In this document: in pieces, positions 7,607-16,806 of the stretch | How the letters are laid out: each line of letters opens with the position of its first letter | Numbering within the stretch: position 1 is the first letter of the stretch | Source: an uncultured Thermotogaceae bacterium | GTDB lineage: Bacteria; Thermotogota; Thermotogae; MWEM01 | Direction of reading: 5' to 3' | Assembly (NCBI GenBank): GCA_964629135.1 | Contig: CAZVPY010000001.1 | Coordinates: forward strand, 1-36,010 | Length of the DNA stretch: 36,010 nt | Program-made: the position numbers and the translations under genes | Notes under the pieces: model-generated | What the model was told of the DNA's origin: nothing | Database searches by the model: none | Seen by the model: only the letters and a program-made list of their open reading frames with translations

Positions 7607-8632
7607 ATGGAGTTTGATTTTTTTTCAATTAAAGTACTTGCAGAAAGTCAGTCATCAGACGAAATTATTTTAGGTTTTTTCTTTGGCAAAGTGGAAGGTC
7701 GTTTGGAATTCCAATTTATCAATTTTGCCAGAAGATTTAAAGATTTGGCAAAAATAGATCTCAAAGAAGATCTTAACGATTTTAAAACTGACCTTAACCA
7801 GATCTATAGAAAACTTATTGCCAGAAGTGGTGACATCATTTCAAAAACAAATGATTTTTCCAATTACTTAAAAACTTATATCAATAAAAACGGCGGAAGA
7901 CTCGCTTTCAGCAATAAACTCAGTGTTATTATTGAGAATAAAGATTCTGAAACGGTAAGAACTTTACTCAGAGAACTATTTGATGAGTGGACGAGTGATG
8001 TAAAAATCAGATTTAACTGGGGTTGCTCAACCTATAATGAGATGAGTTTGGAAGAGTCATCGAAAACTGAACAATCACTGGATATCCAGAGTGCCATTGA
8101 AAATACAAAAGACAGAAAAGATCTTTTAGATATGGCGGATTTTTATCCAATCGTTGACCCCATGGAGGGCAATCCTGTAGCAAGTCTTAAGGTTGGCGAC
8201 TCAGTTTACCTGACGGTTGTAAATTTCAACGATGAAGGCGAAGAAAAGAGGCTCATTAGCAGCTATCCAGATAAATTTAATGAAAAAGGAAAAAACATTA
8301 AACCATTTGAAGGATATATTACTGCTATGGAGTATTGTTCAACGGAAAAAGGAACTGTATTACTGAAGGTACTAATTGATGAATGGTTTGTGGCAAAGGC
8401 AATTATTATGTCCAATATACGAATAATGCAGAAAAACCGTAAGAAAAATTTGTTAAAACAGAATGCAGTGAATCAGGATAATATACCTGATAATTTAGTC
8501 AAAAAGTCCGAGAAAAAAAATGAACACGAAGATGGCATTACCAGAGAAACAATAATTGACCGTCTTATCATATCATCTTTAATCGCTCTCATCGTCATCG
8601 TTGTTTTAATCATTGTATTCATTTTTTTATGA
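7607..8632 (+). CDS. Hypothetical acidic protein with a C-terminal transmembrane anchor (paralog 2 of the 1851-2921 product)
   Basis: Shares blocks with paralog 1: 'EFDFFSIK', 'DEIILGFFFGK', 'LEFQFINF' and 'ADFYPIVDPMEGNPVASLKVGDSVYLTVVNF'. The C-terminal helix is 'LIISSLIALIVIVVLIIVFIFL'. ATG 7607 is preferred over GTG 7601 on RBS spacing. Confidence 0.6.
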   Translation: MEFDFFSIKVLAESQSSDEIILGFFFGKVEGRLEFQFINFARRFKDLAKIDLKEDLNDFKTDLNQIYRKLIARSGDIISKTNDFSNYLKTYINKNGGRLAFSNKLSVIIENKDSETVRTLLRELFDEWTSDVKIRFNWGCSTYNEMSLEESSKTEQSLDIQSAIENTKDRKDLLDMADFYPIVDPMEGNPVASLKVGDSVYLTVVNFNDEGEEKRLISSYPDKFNEKGKNIKPFEGYITAMEYCSTEKGTVLLKVLIDEWFVAKAIIMSNIRIMQKNRKKNLLKQNAVNQDNIPDNLVKKSEKKNEHEDGITRETIIDRLIISSLIALIVIVVLIIVFIFL

Positions 8633-8641
8633 GGTGAGCAA

Positions 8642-9202
8642 ATGGCAAAAATTTTTCACCCTCACAAGGCTGATTATTTACCTTCAAAAAAACATTATTT
8701 GTTAAGAGCGGGTTTTAAAGGTATTCAAAATGAACTTGATCGAACAATGCTAAATCTTACAAATGAAATCTATCTTGAAGCTATACCTTTGGTTGAAGCT
8801 CAAATTGCTCATCTAACAATACCTGTTGTTAATGTTAGCAAAATAAAAATACCTAAAAAATTCAAAGGGATAAACCAAATCACCTATTTTATTTCTACCA
8901 TTGGAAGAAAGATTGAAGAACGTATTGAAAGATACAGCTATCTGGGAGAAACAACGAAAGCTGCTCTATTAGATGCATGGGCTTCAGAATCATTGGAAGA
9001 GTTAAATGAAAATTTTGATAAAGCTCTTCGAAAAAAACACCATAAAGGTACTATGCGCTTTTCTCCTGGCTATTCTGATTTAAACCTGACTGAAAACAAA
9101 AAAATCATTGATTTACTTGAATGTCAACTTGTTAGCGCACACCCAATTTCCGGTATGCTCTCACCACAAAAAAGCACGGTATGTATGATAGGATGGTATT
9201 AG
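8642..9202 (+). CDS. Stand-alone methionine synthase activation (AdoMet-binding, Met_synt_B12-like) domain protein
   Basis: 'MRFSPGYSDLNLTENKKIIDLL...GMLSPQKSTVCMIGW' resembles the C-terminal reactivation module of MetH. The gene lies directly upstream of metF and of a metH that lacks this module. Confidence 0.65.
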   Translation: MAKIFHPHKADYLPSKKHYLLRAGFKGIQNELDRTMLNLTNEIYLEAIPLVEAQIAHLTIPVVNVSKIKIPKKFKGINQITYFISTIGRKIEERIERYSYLGETTKAALLDAWASESLEELNENFDKALRKKHHKGTMRFSPGYSDLNLTENKKIIDLLECQLVSAHPISGMLSPQKSTVCMIGWY

Positions 9203-9232
9203 CAAATACCATATAAAGATAAAGGAGTTTAT

Positions 9233-10132
9233 ATGAAAGTAATCAAAAAAGAAAACCAAACAGAATTTATCAGTGATCTTTTAAATTCCCGTGAAAACAC
9301 CGTTTCTTTTGAGGTTTATCCACCTAAAAAAGGACAAAAAAAGCAATTTGAAATCATCAAAAACACAATCAATCGTTTACAGGACCTCCACCCTGATTTT
9401 ATTAGCGTCACTTATGGTCCTGGTGGAACAAACAAGGGCAAAGCGGTGGATATTTCAGAATACATTAAACAACACGATGTCAAACCGTTGGCTCACCTGA
9501 CGTCAGTGGGCTACACAAAAGAAGATATTCCACCTCTATTAGAGAAATTGCATTCCATAGGGGTTAAAAACATATTGGCTTTAAGAGGCGATGTTCCACA
9601 AAATGTGGTTTTTCCTCACGGTGCTTGGTGTGATTTTCGATATGCCAAAGACTTGATCAATATGATAAAAAAGGATGGTAGATTTTGTATAGGAGCTGCT
9701 GCCTATCCTGAGGGACATCCTGACTGTAAAGAATTAAGAATTAGCATCAATCATATGAAAGAAAAAATTGAAGCCGGAGCAGATTTTTTTATTTCACAGA
9801 TGTTTTTCGACAACCAAATCTATTTTGACTTTCTTGATCGCGTTAAGAATGCAGGCATTCATAAACCTATCATACCCGGTATTATGCCGGTTTTAAGGGC
9901 AAAGCAAATTAGTAAAATCCTCAGCTTATCTGATGCCTATGTTCCTAAAAAAATGGCAGAGGCCATCAAACTTTACAGTGATAATCCACAATCCATGGAA
10001 GCTTACGGAATTGAGTATGCATTGAGACAAATTGACGGATTAAAGCGCCAGGGTATCCGGCGATTTCATATTTATTCAATGAATCGTTGGGAACAAGTTA
10101 CTAAAATTGTCAAATTAGCTCAGCTAAAATAG
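9233..10132 (+). CDS. metF: Methylenetetrahydrofolate reductase
   Basis: 'VSFEVYPPK', 'ISVTYGPGG', 'LALRGD' and 'FFISQMFFD' are present, and the length (299 aa) is typical of MetF. Confidence 0.9.
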   Translation: MKVIKKENQTEFISDLLNSRENTVSFEVYPPKKGQKKQFEIIKNTINRLQDLHPDFISVTYGPGGTNKGKAVDISEYIKQHDVKPLAHLTSVGYTKEDIPPLLEKLHSIGVKNILALRGDVPQNVVFPHGAWCDFRYAKDLINMIKKDGRFCIGAAAYPEGHPDCKELRISINHMKEKIEAGADFFISQMFFDNQIYFDFLDRVKNAGIHKPIIPGIMPVLRAKQISKILSLSDAYVPKKMAEAIKLYSDNPQSMEAYGIEYALRQIDGLKRQGIRRFHIYSMNRWEQVTKIVKLAQLK

Positions 10133-10137
10133 GGGGA

Positions 10138-12525
10138 ATGTCAATGACGAGAATGGAATTTTTAAAACGACTTGAGGATGGTCCTTTATACTTGGACGGA
10201 TCATACGGTGCTCAGTTTTTCAAAGCTGGTTATACTGATATTCCCGGCGAAATGTTGAATTTAAAAAAACCCGAAGTAGTATATAATTTGCAAAAAAAAT
10301 ACATTCAAGCAGGTAGCAATATTTTACTTACCAATACTTTTAGTGCTAATCGTATAAAACTTGCCTCATTAAAAATTGAAGAATACATTGAGGAAATTAA
10401 CAAACAAGGGGTTTTGTTGGCCAAAAAAGCGGCAAGCAACAAGGCTTTTGTTTTTGGCGATATTTCCTCAACAGGAGAATTTCCACAACCGGTCGGAAAT
10501 TTATCTTCAAGAAAGATCTATGAAGCCTTTTACGAGCAAGCTAAAATATTGGATCAATTTGGTGTTGACGGATTTATTGTTGAAACGATATCTGATCTAA
10601 AAGAATTGAAATTGGCAATTCTTGCTATTCGTGAAGTTAACAGCGAAAAACCTTTAATCGCTCAAATGACATTCGAAAAAGCCGATCACCACTTACAATC
10701 TACAAGAAGCGTTACAGGAACACCCGTTGAAGTCTTTGGAAATTTGATGAATGATTTGGATGTAGATGTGGTAGGAATTAACTGTACTTTGGGGCCAAAA
10801 GAAATCTATTCTGTATTTGAAAAACTTACACAAATCACCGAAAAACCACTGAGTGTTGAACCGAATGCAGGTGATCCTGATCTCGTGAATGGTCGTCTCA
10901 TGTATCGTATGACCCCTGATGAATTTAGTGTTTACGCAGCAGATATGGTCTTTCAAGGCGCTTCAGTTATTGGGGGGTGTTGCGGAACCGGCCCTGAACA
11001 CATAAAAGCATTAAAAATCCTTGTGGATAAAAATCCTGATTTTGTTTATCATGAAGGTAAAAAAAGAGCCCAAGGCACTTACCAGTTGAAGGATCAAAAA
11101 AGTTATCTTTCATCAAGGACTCAATTGATTTCTGTTGAACCCTTCACTCCAATAGGGGAAAGAATTAATCCAGCATCACAGAAAACATTTCAAGATGAAA
11201 TCGAAAAGTATGATTTTAAACGGATATTAGACTTGGCAAAAGAACAAGAATTGGAAGGGGCAAAATTATTAGATATTAATTTTGGCATAGAAAAAATTTT
11301 GTCTCCCAAGCACTTTCAACAAATTGTTATTGATTTGGATAAAATTTCCTCACTCCCACTATCATTCGATATTCAAACAAATAAATATTTAGAAGAGGCG
11401 CTTTTTGAATACCCTGCAAGGCCTCTCATTAATTCCGCCAGAGTAACTGAAAAAAGTCTCAAACGTAAAGCATCACTCTTAAAAAGGCATGGCGGCATGT
11501 TAATCCTGCTTGCTATGGGGAAAAAGATACCCGAAACAGCTGAAGGACGTTTTCTTCAGATCATGGAAGGTATCAAAGAACTTGAACTCCTTTCCATTTC
11601 CAGATCAAGAATATTAGCTGATCCGCTGGTACTTTCCCTTGGTGCTGATAATAATCCAGCAATTACTCTAAAAACCGTTGAAATGCTTCATCAAGAGGGC
11701 ATAAAAACAACAATGGGTTTATCGAATCTTAGTTTTGGAATGCCTGAGCGTAAAGCAATTAACGCAGCTTTTCTTGCACAATCCATTAACAGGGGACTAG
11801 ATAGCGCCATCATGAACACGGGCGACAAACAACTATTCTCAATTATGAAAGGATCACTAAAATTAAGAGGACAAGATTTGATAGAGCCTCAAAAGGTTGA
11901 TACCAAAAATCCATTTGTCAGTTCTCTTTTAAACGGTGAAATTAAAAAACTTCATCATTTAATTGATGAAGAATTAAAATCAAAAAGCCCTTTAGAAATA
12001 AGTCAACAGGTATTGGCAAAAGCCATGAATGAAATTGGTGAACTATATGCAGATAAAAAAATATATCTTCCCCATTTAATACTGGCTGCTGAAACCTCGA
12101 AACCAATATTCGAGCGGTTGAACGCTCTTTCTGATACAGCCATTCAATTTGTTGGAAGGGTTATTTTAGCAACTGTTGAAGGGGATGTACACGATATTGG
12201 GAAAAAGATAGTTGGTACTGTGTTATCCAGCGGAGGTTTTGAAATAATAGATATTGGAAAAGATAGAACTTCTAATGAAATATTAGATGCTGTGAAGAAA
12301 CATCAACCGGATATACTGGGTTTATCAGCAATGATGACAACGACTGTGGAAAAAGTAAAAGAGGCATCTGACCTTCTCAAAAAAGAGGGGATTGATGTAA
12401 AAATTATTTCAGGTGGTGCCTCTATGAATAAACGATTAGCCAAAGAATTTGGTTGCCAAGGATATTCAGATGATGCTTCGGGAGCTTTAAAACTATGCAG
12501 AGAGTTATTAAAAATCGAATCATAA
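10138..12525 (+). CDS. metH: Cobalamin-dependent methionine synthase (Hcy-binding + pterin-binding + B12 cap/binding modules; no activation module)
   Basis: Homocysteine S-methyltransferase domain ('GGCCGTGPEHI'), pterin-binding domain ('GLSNLSFG') and the B12-binding motif 'GDVHDIGKKIV' (12181-12207). The protein ends after the B12 domain. ATG 10144 is an alternative start with better spacing from the GGGGGA RBS. Confidence 0.9.
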   Translation: MSMTRMEFLKRLEDGPLYLDGSYGAQFFKAGYTDIPGEMLNLKKPEVVYNLQKKYIQAGSNILLTNTFSANRIKLASLKIEEYIEEINKQGVLLAKKAASNKAFVFGDISSTGEFPQPVGNLSSRKIYEAFYEQAKILDQFGVDGFIVETISDLKELKLAILAIREVNSEKPLIAQMTFEKADHHLQSTRSVTGTPVEVFGNLMNDLDVDVVGINCTLGPKEIYSVFEKLTQITEKPLSVEPNAGDPDLVNGRLMYRMTPDEFSVYAADMVFQGASVIGGCCGTGPEHIKALKILVDKNPDFVYHEGKKRAQGTYQLKDQKSYLSSRTQLISVEPFTPIGERINPASQKTFQDEIEKYDFKRILDLAKEQELEGAKLLDINFGIEKILSPKHFQQIVIDLDKISSLPLSFDIQTNKYLEEALFEYPARPLINSARVTEKSLKRKASLLKRHGGMLILLAMGKKIPETAEGRFLQIMEGIKELELLSISRSRILADPLVLSLGADNNPAITLKTVEMLHQEGIKTTMGLSNLSFGMPERKAINAAFLAQSINRGLDSAIMNTGDKQLFSIMKGSLKLRGQDLIEPQKVDTKNPFVSSLLNGEIKKLHHLIDEELKSKSPLEISQQVLAKAMNEIGELYADKKIYLPHLILAAETSKPIFERLNALSDTAIQFVGRVILATVEGDVHDIGKKIVGTVLSSGGFEIIDIGKDRTSNEILDAVKKHQPDILGLSAMMTTTVEKVKEASDLLKKEGIDVKIISGGASMNKRLAKEFGCQGYSDDASGALKLCRELLKIES

Positions 12526-12563
12526 GTCGATAATACTTTAGAAAATCATCCGTTTCCCGATAA

Positions 12564-12572
12564 TGTTATAAT
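12564..12572 (+). promoter_or_regulatory. Extended -10 element (TGtTATAAT) upstream of the yaaR-like gene
   Basis: A perfect TGnTATAAT lies 75 nt upstream of the ATG at 12647. No convincing -35 is present. Confidence 0.35.
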
Positions 12573-12646
12573 GATAATGTGTAGAATAACAAAGGAAATA
12601 ATTTGATTCTGTGTTATTCCGTATAGATTGAATATGAGGCGATTTA

Positions 12647-13120
12647 ATGAGGGTCAATCCTCCAAATAGTTCTATCGATAAAGATAAAAAAGCCGAAAAA
12701 GCAAAAAAGAAAAAGTTAAAAGGTTCCTCTTCAAAAACTGAAAACACTGATACTTGGTCAGGCTTTATTGATATGTTGGGAGAGGTAAAGCTCGATCAGA
12801 TTGAGGAAGAGGCCAAAAAATATCTTCAATATGTCTTAAGTGCTGGAAATAGATTTTCCAGATCCCCTACACATAGGCATTTTCAAGGTTATCGCGATGC
12901 GTTAAAAAAATTTTTACAGTTTATAGAAAAAGGACTCTATAAAGTTAAAGAAGACATGGGAATGGATGTTGATTATCCAAAATTGTATATGGTAGCGGAA
13001 AAAGTTGACGAGAAAATACATCATCTGGCGGGACTTCTTATGGACAATGAAAAAAACACCATGAATTTTGCAGGAAAGGTCGAAGAGATTAACGGTCTCG
13101 TTTTAGATTTATACAGATGA
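12647..13120 (+). CDS. DUF327/YaaR-family protein
   Basis: 157-aa protein in the conserved position directly upstream of holB and overlapping it (ATGA at 13117-13120). GAGG RBS lies 7 nt upstream. The call rests on this position and on the size and charge pattern. Confidence 0.55.
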   Translation: MRVNPPNSSIDKDKKAEKAKKKKLKGSSSKTENTDTWSGFIDMLGEVKLDQIEEEAKKYLQYVLSAGNRFSRSPTHRHFQGYRDALKKFLQFIEKGLYKVKEDMGMDVDYPKLYMVAEKVDEKIHHLAGLLMDNEKNTMNFAGKVEEINGLVLDLYR

Positions 13121-14253
13121 TAAACTCAACGATTATAGTAGATATCATAAAAGAAAAATATAAACCAGAGTTAAAAAAGCTCCGTTCATTGGCTGATTCC
13201 AATCTGATCCCCGCAATTTGCATAAGTGGAACTGATGAAAAACTATTAAGATTTATTATGGAGTTGTTTTTAACTGAATATGAGAAAAAGACTTATAGCG
13301 AAATTTCCAACAGTAATGATTTCTATGAAATTGTATCAGATTCCGGAACAATAAAAATTGATGATATTCGAAAACTGATTAGATTTTCAACACTGAAAAA
13401 AGAAAAACTTAAGCATAAATACACCGTTATAGGAAACATAGAAAAAGCCAATATATATGCACAAAACTCTCTTTTAAAGGTCATTGAAGAACCCGGAAAT
13501 GATACGTTGTTTCTTTGTTCTACTTGTTTTTATACTACTTTGTTAAATACAATTAGAAGCCGTTTGTTCCGTATTAATATTCCAAACAAGCCTTTAAAGG
13601 ATTTAGAACCCTATTTTTGCGATGAAATCAGGTGGTTGGCAAATATTTCTTTTGATGTTTTGATTGAATTTTCCCAATTGCCAAAAGAGAAACAAAAAGG
13701 TTTAATTGCCTCCCTCAGAAACAAAAATTTAGCTGAAATAACTGAGGATTTCATAAGAAGTTGTGGTGAATACGAATTGGAAATTGAAAAAGGTGTTTGT
13801 TTAAAAAACACAGCATTAAAAAGACTATACGGCTTAATTTTCTTTGAAAGATTATTAAAGGATATCTTGCTTCACTCATCAGAAGAAGTCAAGCAGCTGT
13901 CGCTTTCTTTTAAATCAATCATCAACAAAAAAAGTCTGTATAAGGGGATTAAAGAAAACAATACAACTACAAATTTTAATAACGCCTTTTTTAAAGAGCT
14001 TTTTTCATTAACTGAAAAAATCCTATATATCATGCTGAACTTTCAGGAGGGGGCTTTATTAGGCTCTCTTAGTTATACCCAACTGACAACACTTTGTCTT
14101 AAAAAAAACTTGGTATTAAAAAAAACTAAGATGCAAAGGTATATTGCTTTTTTAGAGGAAATTAAAAACTCTACACAAATATCGTTAAACAGTGAACTAC
14201 TAATGATTAATTACATCATATTGACACAGAAAATATTTAAAGAAAGCGAGTGA
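13117..14253 (+). CDS. holB: DNA polymerase III delta-prime subunit (divergent)
   Basis: 'AQNSLLKVIEEPGNDTLFLCST' matches the clamp-loader sensor-1 region ('LLKTLEEPP...FIL'). The P-loop is degenerate ('ISGTDEK'), as expected for delta-prime. Synteny with the PSP1 gene supports the call. Confidence 0.7.
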   Translation: MINSTIIVDIIKEKYKPELKKLRSLADSNLIPAICISGTDEKLLRFIMELFLTEYEKKTYSEISNSNDFYEIVSDSGTIKIDDIRKLIRFSTLKKEKLKHKYTVIGNIEKANIYAQNSLLKVIEEPGNDTLFLCSTCFYTTLLNTIRSRLFRINIPNKPLKDLEPYFCDEIRWLANISFDVLIEFSQLPKEKQKGLIASLRNKNLAEITEDFIRSCGEYELEIEKGVCLKNTALKRLYGLIFFERLLKDILLHSSEEVKQLSLSFKSIINKKSLYKGIKENNTTTNFNNAFFKELFSLTEKILYIMLNFQEGALLGSLSYTQLTTLCLKKNLVLKKTKMQRYIAFLEEIKNSTQISLNSELLMINYIILTQKIFKESE

Positions 14254-14257
14254 AAAG

Positions 14258-15133
14258 ATGGGAATGATTGCAAAGATTTACGAGGTGGAATTCCTTGAAT
14301 TTGGAAAAAAATATTACTTCTCATATGAAGGACAATTAGAAAGAGGTACAAAGATTTTGGGTATGAGTTTCTTTGGACTTGATGTGGGAAAAATTATAAA
14401 GGGACCTGAAGAAGTCGATGTAGAAAAGTTAAATTTCGAAGTTAAGCCTCTCCTCAGACCTTTAACAAAAGAAGATCTTGAAACTGAACAAAAAAATAAA
14501 ATAGATTCGGACAAAGCTTACAATATCTGTCAAGAAAAAATCCACTCCCTTAAGCTGCCCATGAAATTGTTAAAAGCTCAGTATATGTTTGATCGCTCAA
14601 AACTCCTTTTTTACTTTAGTGCAGAAGGCAGGGTCGATTTTAGAGAATTGGTCAAAGAGCTTGCGCATTGCTTTAAAACACGTATAGAACTTAGACAAGT
14701 GGGAGTGCGTGATGAATTAAAGTTTATCGGAAGCATCGGCATGTGCGGACAACCAGTTTGTTGCAGAAGATTCAAGCGAGAATTTGATAAAATTACCCTT
14801 AGAGATGCAAAAAGGCAGCAAATGATGATTAATCCTGCAAAGATTTCTGGGCAATGTAAACGGCTACTATGTTGTTTGAAATATGAACTAGATAACTATG
14901 AAGAGATATTGGCTGATATACCGGATCCGGGAAGTGTTATTCAATATAACGAAGAGGTTTGTAAAGTTATGGGATGTAATATATTCAAAGAAATTGTTTC
15001 TGCTTCAACAGATGACGGTAACAAACGAGAGATTCCTTTTGACTATTTTAGAGAAAGAAAGGATTCTGTTATATCAAAACCAGTTTCATCTGATGATGAC
15101 CTTGAAGAATTACCTGATGAAGATGAGGAATGA
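14258..15133 (+). CDS. PSP1 domain protein (YaaT/RicT-like)
   Basis: 'RIELRQVGVRDELKFIGSIGMCGQPVCCRRF' and 'GQCKRLLCCLKYE' are PSP1 C-terminal domain Cys motifs. Confidence 0.85.
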   Translation: MGMIAKIYEVEFLEFGKKYYFSYEGQLERGTKILGMSFFGLDVGKIIKGPEEVDVEKLNFEVKPLLRPLTKEDLETEQKNKIDSDKAYNICQEKIHSLKLPMKLLKAQYMFDRSKLLFYFSAEGRVDFRELVKELAHCFKTRIELRQVGVRDELKFIGSIGMCGQPVCCRRFKREFDKITLRDAKRQQMMINPAKISGQCKRLLCCLKYELDNYEEILADIPDPGSVIQYNEEVCKVMGCNIFKEIVSASTDDGNKREIPFDYFRERKDSVISKPVSSDDDLEELPDEDEE

Positions 15134-15136
15134 TAG

Positions 15137-15751
15137 ATGTCTGAAATAAAAAACGACCATTATTATTCTAAATCACCTAAATCAAAATTAAAGGTCAAAC
15201 ATACAACCATTCAGTTGAAAAATGGTCACAGTTACAAATTTAAAAGTCCATCTGGGGTTTTCGCTTACGGAAAAGCAAACAGAGCCACAGAATGCTTTTT
15301 AAACAACGTTAAAATGACGGGAAAGGATTTACTGGATCTCGGGTGTGGGTATGGAACAGTAGGAATAGTCACGAGAAAAGAAAACCCCTTCATTCGTTTA
15401 TTTATGAGCGATATCAACGAAAGGGCTGTTAGGTTTGCGAAAGAAAACGCTTTAAACTACAATCTTGATGCTGAAATTAAGTGGGGTAATCTATTTGAAC
15501 CCTGGAAGGATTACATGTTTGATATGATATTTTTTAACCCACCACTGGCAGCTGGAAAAGAAGTTTGGATGGATGCAGTCAAACATTCTTATAATCATAT
15601 TAGAGAAAACGGAACTATTCAAATTGTAGCTTACCATAATAAAGGCGGAAAGAGAATCATGTTGTATATGAAAGAAGTCTTTTCAAATGTAAAAACCCTC
15701 GTTAAAAGTGGTGGCATAAGAGTCTATTTATCTGTAAGGTTAAACCAATGA
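15137..15751 (+). CDS. Class I SAM-dependent methyltransferase (MTS / RsmC-like small-domain family)
   Basis: SAM motif I 'LLDLGCGYGTVGIV' and motif IV 'IFFNPPL'; about 200 aa. Confidence 0.7.
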   Translation: MSEIKNDHYYSKSPKSKLKVKHTTIQLKNGHSYKFKSPSGVFAYGKANRATECFLNNVKMTGKDLLDLGCGYGTVGIVTRKENPFIRLFMSDINERAVRFAKENALNYNLDAEIKWGNLFEPWKDYMFDMIFFNPPLAAGKEVWMDAVKHSYNHIRENGTIQIVAYHNKGGKRIMLYMKEVFSNVKTLVKSGGIRVYLSVRLNQ

Positions 15752-16794
15752 AGAAAACGGTCGTCTTCTTTTACGTATTATTGGGAATCATTCTCACTGG
15801 AATCCTTTTATTTCTTCTGTTAGAAAGAGAAGAAAAGCTAAAAATAAGCTATTCGATTCAAAACACAAATAGCATTCAAAACCTTGAAAATAATGCTACC
15901 ATATACGAAGGGATTCTAAACGATACTCGTTTATCCATGAGCCGTTTAGATTATGAGATTAATTATTTTGAGACTCACACAGATTTTGAAAAACTTTTAA
16001 ATAATACAGTAAAATCCCGGGCATCAAATGTAGTAATATGCGATTTTGAAAAACAAGAGACCTATGAGGCGTTTTTAAGGACAAATAATTATACTTCACC
16101 ATTATATATTACAACTTATGTTGGTGATAGGATTATTGATAATCAGCAGAAGGACATACTTTATCTTTTTCCGACTTCAGAAGTAATAGCGAATGCCATT
16201 AATCATTTGTTTGGTTTAAATGATAATCACAAAATTCTGTTAATCAACAATCAAGTAAATACACAAAGAAATGCCGTTTTTCAAGAACAGTTAAAGGGTC
16301 AAAAAACAACTGTAAAAGTTATAGAAGAAAATAAATTTCAAGAAACCATTAACACAATTGGTGATACTCTTTCCCAAGCAAATCCTGACTATATTTTAAT
16401 TGACCTGAATGAAAAATCAACCATAGCATTATTAGAAAAGATTGTCGGCTTTCCAAGGGATAAAATCATCTTAATGTTTGAAAACACCAGTGATCGAGTT
16501 GCATATTATACTGGATCTAATTCTTATGGTGTAAATGGTATCACTTTTAAAAATCCTACTCAAATAAAGAAGTTTGATAACAAAACGAGTCTTTTAAAAA
16601 TGGTCACTCAAACAATTACTGATTGTTTTATAGAATACAAAAAAACCGACATAAAACATTTAAAAGAATATTTGTATGAGAACCCTAACACACCGTTTCA
16701 ACTTAAGGATCAATCCATAAGTACACCTATTTATAAAGTGACTTTTACGGATCAAGGGTTAAGGGTTATAGATAAAATGGATGCTTTGAAATGA
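15748..16794 (+). CDS. Hypothetical membrane-anchored exported protein
   Basis: The ATG overlaps the upstream stop (ATGA). An N-terminal TM/signal anchor 'VVFFYVLLGIILTGILLFLLL' is present. I recognise no family; the periplasmic-binding-protein-like idea is only a guess. Confidence 0.5.
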   Translation: MKKTVVFFYVLLGIILTGILLFLLLEREEKLKISYSIQNTNSIQNLENNATIYEGILNDTRLSMSRLDYEINYFETHTDFEKLLNNTVKSRASNVVICDFEKQETYEAFLRTNNYTSPLYITTYVGDRIIDNQQKDILYLFPTSEVIANAINHLFGLNDNHKILLINNQVNTQRNAVFQEQLKGQKTTVKVIEENKFQETINTIGDTLSQANPDYILIDLNEKSTIALLEKIVGFPRDKIILMFENTSDRVAYYTGSNSYGVNGITFKNPTQIKKFDNKTSLLKMVTQTITDCFIEYKKTDIKHLKEYLYENPNTPFQLKDQSISTPIYKVTFTDQGLRVIDKMDALK

Positions 16795-16806
16795 CAAGGG
16801 AGAAAA

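Noticed and set aside
12538-12747. 69-aa minus-strand ORF spanning the metH/yaaR intergenic region
   Set aside because: It overlaps the yaaR-like start and the predicted promoter on the opposite strand. The product is low-complexity F-rich, and no RBS is present.
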